A stretch of DNA of 64,000 bases from IMG/VR virus record IMGVR_UViG_3300042486_001633; one strand, 5' to 3'. The notes beneath the pieces are model-generated. The model had not been told where the DNA came from. It saw nothing but the letters and a program-made list of their open reading frames with translations, and did no database searches. The stretch's first letter is position 1. Each line of letters opens with the position of its first letter. A program made the translations under genes and the position numbers. This stretch comes from an uncultured virus (IMG/VR IMGVR_UViG_3300042486_001633). Taxonomy: Duplodnaviria > Heunggongvirae > Uroviricota > Caudoviricetes. This document shows, piece after piece, positions 27,461-37,893 of this stretch.

Positions 27461-29032
27461 ATGAAGTTTACCGAACTAGAAGACGCTGATATTGAATATA
27501 TTGCAGAGATATATTTCAATAAATCTATTTCTTGGGATCAACGCCTAGATTTACTTGCGCAAAGATTTAAAAGATCTGAACGAACAATACAGCACTGGAT
27601 TGCAAAACTTGGGTATAGTACTAAACAGGTCGAGGAGTCACCTCAATTAATTGCAGCAAAAGCAAAAGAATTTAACCGCGAAAAAAAGAGATTTATTATA
27701 ACTTGGGCACAGAACGATACTCCTGTACATGAAGAGTTTATTGCAAATCTTGAAAAATACGCAGAATTAGTTGACGCAGACATTCACGTTATTGCAGGTC
27801 GCTATAAAAATCCAACCTCAGTATTTACTGATAAAAATTACGAAACGTGGTCAGATCGAATTATTGATTACTTAGATGCAAATCGTCATGACGTGCATAA
27901 GTATCTTTCAATTATGTCAGACGTAAAGATTCAGCCGACTGCAGTAGACCCAATGACTGGTTTACAAGGAATGAGTGGAATTAACTCATGTGTGTTCGGT
28001 TCACCTCGTGTACAATTAGAAACTATCCCAGTATTGGAAGGTAATCGTCCAAAAATGATGGTTACCACTGGCGCATGTACCGTTTCAAACTATACTGATT
28101 CCAAATCTGGTAAAAAAGGAGAATTTCATCATACACTAGGATTTGTTATTATTGAAATAAAGGATGAAGATAAATTCTTTATTCGTCAAGTAACTGCAAC
28201 AGATGACGGAGACTTTACTGATCTCTATCATAGTGTAGTATTTGATTTAGAGAAACAAGAAAGCGTTATCACTCGAGTAACTAGTGCAGCGGCAATTGTT
28301 TGGGGAGACATTCACTATGGTAAACACGATCAACGAGTATTTGATTCCACCTTTGACTTGATGGCAAAGATCCACCCAGAATATGTTGTCTTACATGATG
28401 TATTTGACGGCGATTCAATTAATCATCATGAAATAAAGGATCCTTTTATTCAATATGAAAAGGAGATGAGTGGAGCAAATTCATTGAAAAAAGAAATCGA
28501 CGAATTATTAGTTGGACTAGAAGAATTTCAAGACTATAATGTAATTGTGGTTCGCAGTAATCATGATGATTTCGTAGATCGGTGGTTGAAGGACACTGAT
28601 TGGAGAAGAACAGTTACTCCAAAGAATTCTTTAGAATATATGCAGTTCGCAGCGGCGATCCTAAGTAAAGAAGCACCAAATGGAGTAATTCCATATGTTA
28701 TCAATAAGAAGTTCCCTCAGTTTAAAACTCTAGGCCGCGGGGATAGCTTTATCGTAAAGGATTGGGAACTTGGCCAACATGGAGATATTGGTTCTAATGG
28801 AAGCAGAGGATCTCTTTTACAATTTAGAAAATTAAACACAAAGATAGTAGTAGGACATTATCACTCTCCTGGTAGAAAGGACGGAGCTCTAGCAGTTGGC
28901 ACCTCAACTCACCTTAGAATAGGATACAATAGAGGAGCCAGCAGCTGGTTACAGTCACATGTGATTATTCACAATGACGGCAAAGCCCAGCATATCCATT
29001 TTATTGGAGGAGAATATACTACCTTAAAATAA
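27461..29032 (+). CDS. HTH plus calcineurin-like metallophosphoesterase (T5 A1-like)
   Basis: GDIH, HDVFDG, SNHDD, HGD, GHYHS; ITWAQN.T.VH segment; N-terminal HTH. Confidence 0.7.
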   Translation: MKFTELEDADIEYIAEIYFNKSISWDQRLDLLAQRFKRSERTIQHWIAKLGYSTKQVEESPQLIAAKAKEFNREKKRFIITWAQNDTPVHEEFIANLEKYAELVDADIHVIAGRYKNPTSVFTDKNYETWSDRIIDYLDANRHDVHKYLSIMSDVKIQPTAVDPMTGLQGMSGINSCVFGSPRVQLETIPVLEGNRPKMMVTTGACTVSNYTDSKSGKKGEFHHTLGFVIIEIKDEDKFFIRQVTATDDGDFTDLYHSVVFDLEKQESVITRVTSAAAIVWGDIHYGKHDQRVFDSTFDLMAKIHPEYVVLHDVFDGDSINHHEIKDPFIQYEKEMSGANSLKKEIDELLVGLEEFQDYNVIVVRSNHDDFVDRWLKDTDWRRTVTPKNSLEYMQFAAAILSKEAPNGVIPYVINKKFPQFKTLGRGDSFIVKDWELGQHGDIGSNGSRGSLLQFRKLNTKIVVGHYHSPGRKDGALAVGTSTHLRIGYNRGASSWLQSHVIIHNDGKAQHIHFIGGEYTTLK

Positions 29033-29042
29033 TCCGCAGGCC

Positions 29043-29237
29043 GTGAAACATGAAAAACCAGAAAGTTGGAAAAACTTAGAAAACTACAGAAAGGGTAAAG
29101 AACAGTTAAAAAATGCAATAGTTCAACATCCAGACGACGAACCCAAGACTTCAATCTACGATTATGTCAAAAAGAACGTTAATCGAAAGCTATGGGTGAT
29201 ACCATTTGACAAATTTAAAAGAAAAGGCGGTAAATAA
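29043..29237 (+). CDS. Small basic protein
   Basis: ORF track (GTG start). Confidence 0.6.
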   Translation: MKHEKPESWKNLENYRKGKEQLKNAIVQHPDDEPKTSIYDYVKKNVNRKLWVIPFDKFKRKGGK

Positions 29238-29252
29238 CTGCCTTTCTTTTTT
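29223..29252 (+). terminator. Probable terminator
   Basis: AAAGGCGGT-aaata-ACTGCCTTT followed by T-run. Confidence 0.6.
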
Positions 29253-29284
29253 ATGATAAATAACTAAAATATAGCGTATACACA

Positions 29285-31012
29285 ATGACGTTTTCCAAAT
29301 ACTTATTCACACTTTTAAACAAAGATAGACTTATAGTTGAAAGCTCAGGTGCTCCAAGTAGCCCAGTAATAGATGTTGACTCGATCAAAAATCAAATTGA
29401 GTCCGGCGTCGGTGGTGATATTACGCAAAAGGATGCGGTTACTGCATCTTTTGAGGCCCTTGAGAAGGCATTTGACTCAATTCCATTAGATTATTTAGAA
29501 AAAGCTGAAAATCCTGGGCTAGAAGACATTTTTACTGAACTTGCTAAGTCAGATAAGCTTGATTTTCTAGAAAAATATGCCCAAAATGAGAAAAATGCGA
29601 TCGAGGGAGTTGCAAAATCGATGGAAACCATTGATAAGGAACGTGATGAAGTAAAATTCATAAATTATCTTCGTGACTATTCTAATATTTCAGAAAGATT
29701 ACTTAAAATTTACAGACTTTGCGCTGGCCAGATCGGTTTATCGCTAACTGAGGCAGTAAATTTAGAGCCTGAAGTAAAGAGTAAAGTAGAACGTATTATC
29801 AAATTAAGTAAAGAGGGTGCAGCTAGTACCTGGAAGAAGATCTTAGATGCTGAAGCTAAAAATATTGATTCTTTACCAGAAACTCCAGAAGGAGCACAAA
29901 AGTTTTATGAGTATAAAGACTTATTAGAACTACTTGGACTTACTCAATTCCTAAAGGATGCACTTGCAGCAAAAGAAAAGAAGGTAGCTGCAAAAGAAAA
30001 GCCAGAAAGCGTAAGCACCAAACGAAAAAAGAGAATTATTGATAATCGTCTTATTAAAGGTATTCAGTATGCTGAACTACCAGTAATTTCAAATGATATT
30101 GCGGAAGTTCCGGGTGATCTTTTCAAAATGTTTAAAGCTCTAGAGAAACAAAATTCTGCATGGATGAACTCTTCACTAAGTAAGTATGTGTTTGCGGCCG
30201 GTGATTCAGCTAGAGCAAAGGAATTTGATACTACTGCTCGACAAACGGAAAGCGTTAAAGAAGAAGACCAACTTACTTATTTAATGGCATGCCGTTCATG
30301 GTCACTAAGCTATATTAAAGGTTTAGTTGATGGAGATCTTACTGAAAAGGAAGAGTCAAACTACGTAACTAAACTTGAAAATGTTTCTTCTGAAAAAGAA
30401 AGAGAAATTAAAAATTATTATCTATCTAGAGATTTTAATCTTGGTAACTTCGGTGGAGTTCAACTTACACCAGAAATTAGATTACCTCTATATACTAGAG
30501 TAAAATTACCAGTAACTGATGAAGACCGTAAAAAAGAAAGCCCACTAAGAAATATATTAAAAGGGCTTGGTCAAATTGTGACTGGTTTATTTGGTGCAAT
30601 TCCAGATAAAGGAAATGAAGCAGTTGCAAAAATGGCAAGAAACAGAAACCTTGCAATATTTAATGGACTCAATGCGATCGTTAAAGGAACAGTTACTGCA
30701 GTCGGTGGAAAACAGGCAGGTCGTGATTATTCTGAAAAAGTAGCTAAACTTGTTCCTGGTAAAGCAGCAGTTAAGGAGGATATGCTTTCGCTAGGCGATG
30801 CACCAGGAGTAGTTGTAGTAAATCCGGAATCTCCAGGTCAAGTAATGCAAACACCAGACTCTCTACCTGGTAATAATATGGATATTTTTTCTCTAGCTGG
30901 ACCGGGTAAAAAAATTACCTCGACTAAGAAAAGTAAAAAGAAGAGCAAGAAAAAAGAGGCTAAAGTTAATCATATAGTTTCTAGCTTTTCAGACTTTATG
31001 CAGCGCAAGTAA
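29285..31012 (+). CDS. Large hypothetical virion-associated protein
   Basis: 575 aa, late motif upstream, C-terminal basic patch and SFSDF motif. Confidence 0.75.
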   Translation: MTFSKYLFTLLNKDRLIVESSGAPSSPVIDVDSIKNQIESGVGGDITQKDAVTASFEALEKAFDSIPLDYLEKAENPGLEDIFTELAKSDKLDFLEKYAQNEKNAIEGVAKSMETIDKERDEVKFINYLRDYSNISERLLKIYRLCAGQIGLSLTEAVNLEPEVKSKVERIIKLSKEGAASTWKKILDAEAKNIDSLPETPEGAQKFYEYKDLLELLGLTQFLKDALAAKEKKVAAKEKPESVSTKRKKRIIDNRLIKGIQYAELPVISNDIAEVPGDLFKMFKALEKQNSAWMNSSLSKYVFAAGDSARAKEFDTTARQTESVKEEDQLTYLMACRSWSLSYIKGLVDGDLTEKEESNYVTKLENVSSEKEREIKNYYLSRDFNLGNFGGVQLTPEIRLPLYTRVKLPVTDEDRKKESPLRNILKGLGQIVTGLFGAIPDKGNEAVAKMARNRNLAIFNGLNAIVKGTVTAVGGKQAGRDYSEKVAKLVPGKAAVKEDMLSLGDAPGVVVVNPESPGQVMQTPDSLPGNNMDIFSLAGPGKKITSTKKSKKKSKKKEAKVNHIVSSFSDFMQRK

Positions 31013-31066
31013 TTGTATGCAGTATAATTTTACAATCACAATAAATAATAAAAAGAAATATAGTAA

Positions 31067-33010
31067 ATGAGCATAGCTAATCCTAATTTACTTGGAGCAA
31101 ACTCGAACACTGGCGAAGCACCAAAATCATCTACAAATGATTTGCTTGGCATAACTGATGCTTCATGGTCTTCTTTAAATAATACTCACACGGAAAAAAT
31201 ATACGGAGCATCCGATGCTGCAGGTAAAGAGGCAAAGGCAGTATTAGGAACTGACTCTATCTTTAATCCATTTTATGTATTTAGATATGCAAAATATGGA
31301 AGTATTTCTGGCGATAATTATTCTCCGGAATATCACAAAGATACTCAAGACGTAGCTTCAAATGTTCTTGAAGCATTTGCATTAACTCCATTAGATAAGA
31401 TTAAAGAGCAGAAAAAGGAAACAGAAAACCCGACTGCTGGAGAAATTATTCGTTGGGCTCAAAACAATGCCGATCAAAATAAAGGCGATACTATTTTTGG
31501 TGCAATGCCATATCAATGGAACGATTTCTTATGGTGTAAGTGGTATGGTAAAATGCCCAATAATAGAATGTTGACGCTACGTCGATTTCCAATTCCAGTA
31601 GAGGATAATTTACAAATTGCTGAATCAAAAGCCCCATTGGTGCCAATTGCACAAGCAGTTACCTGGTGGGGAGGAGATACTGGAAATAAATTATCTAGTG
31701 TATTAAATATTGATTATGGATATAATTGGATAGACAGAACGGCTAAGATGCAGGACGTTACTGGTAATGAAATTTCAGCAGATGCACTATTAGACGCAGC
31801 AGCATTAACACAAACAGATAATCCTAACCTTAGAAAGATTTTACTTGCAACTCTTTTTCAAAATAACGATAATCCATTTGCAGCAACAGGATACGACGGA
31901 AAAGTACAAGACTGGCTTAAAACTGCATATGGCGAAGAAGGTCAATATTGGAATCGTGTGCGTGGTCCACTTAATGTAATTAACTCAACTAAAATTAGAA
32001 ACACTGGGTTCACATATCAACATCCAGTATCGATGACATTTAGTTATAAATTAAGATCGTTTTCTAATATTAATCCTAGGATTGCAATGTTAGACCTAAT
32101 CAGTAACTTTTTATCCTTAACTTATAGTAAAGCAGAATTTTGGGGTGGAGGAATCCGCTATTTTCAAAAAACTGGTTTTATTCTTCCTGGAATACCAAGT
32201 CAAAAGTTTGAACAAGGCGATTTTATTGGAGGTATACAGGAAACAATTACGTATATGCTTGGAGAATTCCAAAAGAAAGGAAAAGACTTAGCCGAAGGTA
32301 TCGCGGCACTTACGAAAGGAGTCAGCGATGCTGATCTTACTGGAGTAGCAAACACGATAGGGGCTTCACAGACTGCACAAAACATTGCAGGTTCATGGGT
32401 ATCAGAACTTATACAGACTCCTCTTATGATGCGATCATTCCTAGACGGTCGAGCAGTTGGTGAATGGCATCTTACGGTAGGTAACCCAATGAATCCACTG
32501 GCAGTAATGGGAAATCTGTGCTTAAAAAGCACTAGCATGTCATTCAACGATTCATTAGGTATGGATGATTTTCCAACTGAAGTTACGTTTAGAGTAGTGT
32601 TTGAACACGGCAGACCTAGAGCAAAACAGGATATTGAATCAATGTTTAACTTTGGTGGAGGTGCATTAACCTTTACTCCATTACCTCAGCCTTCTTCTTC
32701 ATATAACTCATATGGAGAAAGAAATAGTATTGCATTAAATAACGCACGGAACGGAAGAAGCGACACTACTCCAGGTTCAACACAAAGCAGCACAGCAACG
32801 TCAGTCGGACAAGTGTTTGAATCTACTGCCGGCGGAACAAAAAATAGCAGTACTGGTGCAAATAAAGAACGATTTGGTCAGTTTGACGATAAAACTAAAG
32901 ATCAAATTGCAGGTTATATAAAAAGCAAAGTTGCAAGAGCATACGGAACAAAATTTGCAGAATCTCCAGTTTTGGTAGACTACTTCCTAGACTTAAAAAC
33001 AAAAGACTAA
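31067..33010 (+). CDS. Putative baseplate/tail-tube junction protein
   Basis: First gene of the baseplate operon; GNP.NP..MGNL.L...S.SF..LG.DDFP.E C-terminal pattern. Confidence 0.55.
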   Translation: MSIANPNLLGANSNTGEAPKSSTNDLLGITDASWSSLNNTHTEKIYGASDAAGKEAKAVLGTDSIFNPFYVFRYAKYGSISGDNYSPEYHKDTQDVASNVLEAFALTPLDKIKEQKKETENPTAGEIIRWAQNNADQNKGDTIFGAMPYQWNDFLWCKWYGKMPNNRMLTLRRFPIPVEDNLQIAESKAPLVPIAQAVTWWGGDTGNKLSSVLNIDYGYNWIDRTAKMQDVTGNEISADALLDAAALTQTDNPNLRKILLATLFQNNDNPFAATGYDGKVQDWLKTAYGEEGQYWNRVRGPLNVINSTKIRNTGFTYQHPVSMTFSYKLRSFSNINPRIAMLDLISNFLSLTYSKAEFWGGGIRYFQKTGFILPGIPSQKFEQGDFIGGIQETITYMLGEFQKKGKDLAEGIAALTKGVSDADLTGVANTIGASQTAQNIAGSWVSELIQTPLMMRSFLDGRAVGEWHLTVGNPMNPLAVMGNLCLKSTSMSFNDSLGMDDFPTEVTFRVVFEHGRPRAKQDIESMFNFGGGALTFTPLPQPSSSYNSYGERNSIALNNARNGRSDTTPGSTQSSTATSVGQVFESTAGGTKNSSTGANKERFGQFDDKTKDQIAGYIKSKVARAYGTKFAESPVLVDYFLDLKTKD

Positions 33011-33011
33011 T

Positions 33012-33599
33012 ATGTTAATAACTAGATTACTTCGACTTAAGAATATTTTTACGACAGCTGCCGGCGACGGAATAGTTGACTTAATTAGTTCAACTTTTAG
33101 TTTTGCAAAGGATTCAGGAATTGCACAAAGTGTAATCAGAGTACAGGATGAAGAGGCAATGCGCCCAGACTTAATATCCGTTCGTGTATATTCAGATCAG
33201 CAATACTATGAAGCTCTAATGAAATATAATGGAATATCGAATCCATTTGCAATTGCGCCAAATGATATATTATTTGTACCTGCATTCAAGAGCCTTGAAA
33301 AGATGATGGTTACTCCAACTAAAGTAATTGATAAGGGAGCACAGAAGAAAGATAATAACGAAGCTAAACTCTTAAATCCTAAAACAGTTAAAGATAAAAA
33401 GAGATTAGAGGCTCTAAAGGATAAGGTTAAAGAAATTGTTCCGCCAAACGTTAACACTACTGGAAACAAGAATGTTAAGGTGAGAGACGGTAAAGTAATT
33501 TTCGGTGAGGACGTTACTCAAGTAAATAAAGATAATTGTCCAGTACCTATCTCAAGAGCTAGACTAATTCAGCAGTTAACTAAAGCAAATTTATTTTAA
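33012..33599 (+). CDS. gp53: Baseplate wedge protein, gp53/LysM-like
   Basis: RPDLIS..VY...Y..LMKYNGISNPF. Confidence 0.75.
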   Translation: MLITRLLRLKNIFTTAAGDGIVDLISSTFSFAKDSGIAQSVIRVQDEEAMRPDLISVRVYSDQQYYEALMKYNGISNPFAIAPNDILFVPAFKSLEKMMVTPTKVIDKGAQKKDNNEAKLLNPKTVKDKKRLEALKDKVKEIVPPNVNTTGNKNVKVRDGKVIFGEDVTQVNKDNCPVPISRARLIQQLTKANLF

Positions 33600-35092
33600 T
33601 GTCATTTGGTCAAATCATAAAAGGTACATTACTACCAAAGGTTCAGTTAAAAACGTTATATGAAGAGGATACTTCATCTGATAGTACAAATCCATCATCA
33701 TATAAAGCGCCAAAAAGCATGCCAGATTCTGGCCAAAAGACCGGTGCAACTGAACCTTATATTAAAATAGGCGGACAGATCGTTAAGGGTATTGAAACAA
33801 TGATACTTGATGAAACGGGTTTTATTCCGACAATCTCTCTTACGTTTGTTGATAATTTTGGTGAATTTGCAGGGGATTACTTTCCCAAGACTGATCTACT
33901 TATGAGCGTCTACTTGAAAGTCGGTACTGAAAAATTAAAACCGATTCGTTGCGACTTTTTAATTACTCATGTGAAATCAATTCCAGCAAAATATAATGGT
34001 GAACGTAAAGGTATTTCAATTGGTACGACGTACTTAATTAAAGGCGAGTTATATGTTCCTGGAATCTATGCAAATATTTCTAGAAGTTATTCGGGCCTAA
34101 ATTCAAAGGATGCATTAAAAAAGATATGTGGTGATTTAGGTTTAGGTTTTGCTGAAAACGAGAATACGCCTAACGATAAGATGACTTGGATTAATACGAA
34201 CATGAGCACTCTTGCTTTTATGCAAACGATTGCTCAGCACGCGTATCAAGACGATGATTCTTTCTTTATGACTTTTATTGACAAATACTATTACTTAAAT
34301 TATGTTGAAGTAAATCGTCAGTTGAAGGTAGAAGAATCTCAACAGACATTTTTAACTTCAGCTAGGCCATTAAACAGTGGAATTAATCAGAATCTTGCAG
34401 ATTCTCCAGAAAGAGCTCAACTTGAAGAAGAGACAATGGTAAATTATCTTACTACTGAACTTGAATATAAAGGTAAAGCTAATTATATTACTTCGCTAAA
34501 CTTAATTTCTGATCAAGGACAAATTGTTAAAAGTCAAGGTTATAAGAAACATATTTTCTATTATGACCATCTTAAGTCGACCCAGACTCCATCTGAAAAG
34601 TTTAAAGACTTTTTCATGAGTCCACTTAAAAGTATTGATCGTAATCAAGATCAATTTCTAGTGCCAGCTGACCAACAATTAGCAGAAAACGAGATTAAAA
34701 AATGGATGAATATTGACTATGGTAATAATCATCCTGAATGGAATGCTGCACGTTTATTGAATGCGCATAATTTAAAGGAATTAGATAAAATAAGACTTAA
34801 AGTTACGCTAAATAATATAAATTTTCAGGCAGTTAAAGGATTTACGGTGCCGATTTACATATCCGTACAAGAGGCTGAAAATACTTTAAAAGCTACAAAA
34901 TCAACAGAAGAACAAGACGCAAAAATAAAGAATGAAAACGGTCTAGGCGCACAAACATTTGATGCTCAATTAAGCGGTTATTATTATGTATCAGGTGCAA
35001 AGTATTACTATGATAAACTTAACCCAAATGGATTGTATACTGAACTCTTCTTATCAAGAAGAGAATGGGCTCCTTCTAAAAATAATAACTAA
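33599..35092 (+). CDS. Putative baseplate hub protein
   Basis: Between gp53-like and gp5-like genes; C-terminal LSGYYYV....Y...TEL.L.RR. Confidence 0.6.
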   Translation: MSFGQIIKGTLLPKVQLKTLYEEDTSSDSTNPSSYKAPKSMPDSGQKTGATEPYIKIGGQIVKGIETMILDETGFIPTISLTFVDNFGEFAGDYFPKTDLLMSVYLKVGTEKLKPIRCDFLITHVKSIPAKYNGERKGISIGTTYLIKGELYVPGIYANISRSYSGLNSKDALKKICGDLGLGFAENENTPNDKMTWINTNMSTLAFMQTIAQHAYQDDDSFFMTFIDKYYYLNYVEVNRQLKVEESQQTFLTSARPLNSGINQNLADSPERAQLEEETMVNYLTTELEYKGKANYITSLNLISDQGQIVKSQGYKKHIFYYDHLKSTQTPSEKFKDFFMSPLKSIDRNQDQFLVPADQQLAENEIKKWMNIDYGNNHPEWNAARLLNAHNLKELDKIRLKVTLNNINFQAVKGFTVPIYISVQEAENTLKATKSTEEQDAKIKNENGLGAQTFDAQLSGYYYVSGAKYYYDKLNPNGLYTELFLSRREWAPSKNNN

Positions 35093-35094
35093 CG

Positions 35095-36156
35095 ATGCCT
35101 CATAATTTCTATGGAATAAAAAATAAAGTTGATAATTTCAGAAAGGGTACTTTTATGGATCCGTATGATGAGCCTACGTTCCTGACGTTTGCACTAGACT
35201 TTAAATTTGAAGATACATCATCGCTTGTGCAGGACACTCGACTTGCTGAATCTCCTCTTTTTATTGAAAAGGAGGGAGGAATCATTGAGTTCTTAAAGAA
35301 CAGAGGCCATGCTGACAAAGCTCATGGCATGAAAGTATTTAAGAATATTTTATCTTACTTAACCTTTGATGCTCCATGGTATTTCCAAAGTATTTCAGGT
35401 TTAGGCGCGATGTGGAAAGGAGCGACAGATATTGAATCTGGTTGGAAAGGTAAAAGTGCAACGATTACTATAGACACATTAGAGGCAGTTGACCTAAGAA
35501 TAAACGAATTAGCTGATATCTATCGTAATGCAGTATATGATAAAATCCACATGAGAGAAAGAGTGCCAGATAATTTAAGATGGTTCTCAATGGATATTTA
35601 TGTGGCAGAGGTTAGAAACTTGCGTTATCGAATTCCAGGAGTTGGACAAAACGCTGCTAACTTGTTAGGAATAAACACTGGTACGATTGGAAATATCGTA
35701 GGTGGTGGCAATATCTTATCTAACGTATTAAAACAATACGGCTATATTAAATTTAGATGTAGACAGTGCGAATTTGATTTTTCAGACACTTTTGCTGGCG
35801 GCTCCGGCAAACTTGAAGTGACTCCAAAAAATACACCTGCAACTAATTCATTTAAAATTAATATTGGTTTCTTTGAAGAAGAGAGCACATATGCAGATGG
35901 CAGTAAATTATTTGACGATCATATCAAGTCTGAACTGCATAATCCATGGAGTGCACGAAATGTTGGTACGAATGTTCAAAACACTGCATCTTTCTTGTCT
36001 GGCTTACCGGTAATTGGAGAGTCAATTCAAAATGCTGGTGAAAGCGTGCAGAACGCTCTTGCTCAAGTAGGAGGATTAATTAATCCAGCATTGGGCGCAG
36101 CAAGTAATTTCTTAGAACCGCCAGTAACTGATCTCGGTAATGTATATGGCAACTAA
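35095..36156 (+). CDS. Putative tail-tube-fold baseplate protein
   Basis: Operon context; PWYFQSISGL, LEAVDLRI. Confidence 0.5.
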   Translation: MPHNFYGIKNKVDNFRKGTFMDPYDEPTFLTFALDFKFEDTSSLVQDTRLAESPLFIEKEGGIIEFLKNRGHADKAHGMKVFKNILSYLTFDAPWYFQSISGLGAMWKGATDIESGWKGKSATITIDTLEAVDLRINELADIYRNAVYDKIHMRERVPDNLRWFSMDIYVAEVRNLRYRIPGVGQNAANLLGINTGTIGNIVGGGNILSNVLKQYGYIKFRCRQCEFDFSDTFAGGSGKLEVTPKNTPATNSFKINIGFFEEESTYADGSKLFDDHIKSELHNPWSARNVGTNVQNTASFLSGLPVIGESIQNAGESVQNALAQVGGLINPALGAASNFLEPPVTDLGNVYGN

Positions 36157-36158
36157 CT

Positions 36159-36186
36159 AAACCAAAAGTACTTTTTTAGATATAAT
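36159..36186 (+). promoter_or_regulatory. AAAC-N18-TATAAT promoter-like motif (representative of about 10 copies)
   Basis: AAAC 36159-36162, TATAAT 36181-36186; same spacing upstream of several other genes. Confidence 0.6.
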
Positions 36187-36191
36187 TTAAT

Positions 36192-36983
36192 ATGGATAAT
36201 CACGATATAGAATCACGAAATAACCGAGACTTAGTTGACAAACAATTTCTTGGCATAGTTGAGGACGCAAACGACCCTCGAAAAGAAGGTCGTGCAAAAG
36301 TTAGAGTTATTAGCCTATACGATGATATTGCAGTAGCTGATCTTCCGTGGGCGTATCCAAAACAAAAGAGCGCTTTTTTCGGTAAGAAAGGCAAAGGAGG
36401 TTCCTTATCGGTTCCTAAAAAAGGATCGATTGTTGCAGTTAGATTCGATAATGGAAATCCCTATTCACCAGAGTACTATTCCTTGCATGAAATTGCAGAC
36501 GATGTGCGAGAAGAGTTAGGTAAAGATGGAGAATATTTAGGTTCGCATATTGTGCTATTTGATGGTGACGAAGAGTTAAAAATCTGGTTCAGTATTAGTA
36601 AAGGAATTACAATGCAATTAAAAGGATCTAGAGTAAATATTGGTCGCGATAAAGCGATTACTATTGAACACGATCAAACACAATCAGTTATTGAATTAAG
36701 AGGTGGTAATATTACGATCCATGCAAATTCCAGAATCGAAATGTCAAGCGGCAGCGAAATTGAAGCAGCATCGAATGATATTTGGATCAATGGTAATTTC
36801 GTAAAAGTGGGTCACAATCCAGTAAATGGACCGGCTGTACTTGGAGATAAATTGTTTCTCCTATTAGAAGCGATGGGCAGTGCAATCGATGCAAAATTTC
36901 CGCCAACGCCTGGAGCAATAACTGCAGCTGTTAGCTCATTCAAACCTGCTGTGCTTTCAAACACAGTAAAGGTTTCCCTATAA
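36192..36983 (+). CDS. gp5: Baseplate spike, gp5/VgrG OB-fold protein
   Basis: FLGIVED.NDP...GR.KVRV, LPWA.P, P.KGS.V.V.F; no lysozyme domain. Confidence 0.85.
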   Translation: MDNHDIESRNNRDLVDKQFLGIVEDANDPRKEGRAKVRVISLYDDIAVADLPWAYPKQKSAFFGKKGKGGSLSVPKKGSIVAVRFDNGNPYSPEYYSLHEIADDVREELGKDGEYLGSHIVLFDGDEELKIWFSISKGITMQLKGSRVNIGRDKAITIEHDQTQSVIELRGGNITIHANSRIEMSSGSEIEAASNDIWINGNFVKVGHNPVNGPAVLGDKLFLLLEAMGSAIDAKFPPTPGAITAAVSSFKPAVLSNTVKVSL

Positions 36984-37601
36984 AGATTTCTTGTAGAGAT
37001 TTCCAATATTTTCATATCGGAAAAGCTTGTTTAATTTAGAATTTGGAGTGACTGATATGATTTCATAATTATGAGTCTTCAGTCTCTTAAAATTAGTTAG
37101 CATTGCTTCAAATCGAGGAAGGTACCATTCTGGACCAGCTGTATTTCGAGTGGCAATATTTTCTTCTTTCCAAAAGTGACTAGGCTCTTGCCAAGTCAAG
37201 GAAACCCCAGCTACATAGAAGACGTATTGTTCTTGTCGATTTCTAACATCTCTAAATAATTCAATAGAATTAGTTATGGAATCGGGAAAGTGTTTCTTGT
37301 TTTTTCTAGGATAAACGGATGTCCATGTTGGGACAGGAAATCTAGTATCTGAAAAAGATCTACCCTTTCTAATCCATTCACTGGAAAAAATAATAGAATT
37401 TTGTTTAAGTTTAGCTAATTTTTCAGGTTGGGGAAGTAATTCATCACTAATTGTTAAATCATGGAAAAAAAAATAATTAGGTATGTATTTTAACCATATG
37501 CGATTTATACCTAATGTAATTATATTTGGCGAAAGACTATCGAAGTCAATTTGATTGATTTGAGGATCGTTTCCTAAAACTAAGACTTTAACTTTCGCCA
37601 T
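36978..37601 (-). CDS. Maf/GT29-like putative nonulosonate transferase
   Basis: VLVLGN.P, LGINR, FFHD, YVAGV, HFW. Confidence 0.55.
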   Translation of the reverse strand: MAKVKVLVLGNDPQINQIDFDSLSPNIITLGINRIWLKYIPNYFFFHDLTISDELLPQPEKLAKLKQNSIIFSSEWIRKGRSFSDTRFPVPTWTSVYPRKNKKHFPDSITNSIELFRDVRNRQEQYVFYVAGVSLTWQEPSHFWKEENIATRNTAGPEWYLPRFEAMLTNFKRLKTHNYEIISVTPNSKLNKLFRYENIGNLYKKSL

Positions 37602-37893
37602 TTAACCAGTCTCTTGAATTTATATTTTTATCGTCAATAAAGAAATCATAAGCCGGCTTTCCAAACCTTAATTCGTGATATAGGACGCCCCAGGAAGAGA
37701 GTTGACCCTCAGTTAATTGTCTCCAATCCAATCCAGAAGAAGTCCCCCTAGCGGTCCAGAAAACGATAGTATGTCCAGCTAAATATAGGTCATTCACCTT
37801 CTTAACCGCGTCTGGAATAGGTACTGCAGATTCGTATTCCATGTGATTAGCAAGAGTACAAATAGTATCGTCGATATCAATGAAATATATCAC
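37588..37893 (-). CDS. Small HAD phosphatase (capsule-biosynthesis type)
   Basis: DIDDT, WTARG, GKP..D.FIDDK. Confidence 0.85.
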   Translation of the reverse strand: MIYFIDIDDTICTLANHMEYESAVPIPDAVKKVNDLYLAGHTIVFWTARGTSSGLDWRQLTEGQLSSWGVLYHELRFGKPAYDFFIDDKNINSRDWLNGES

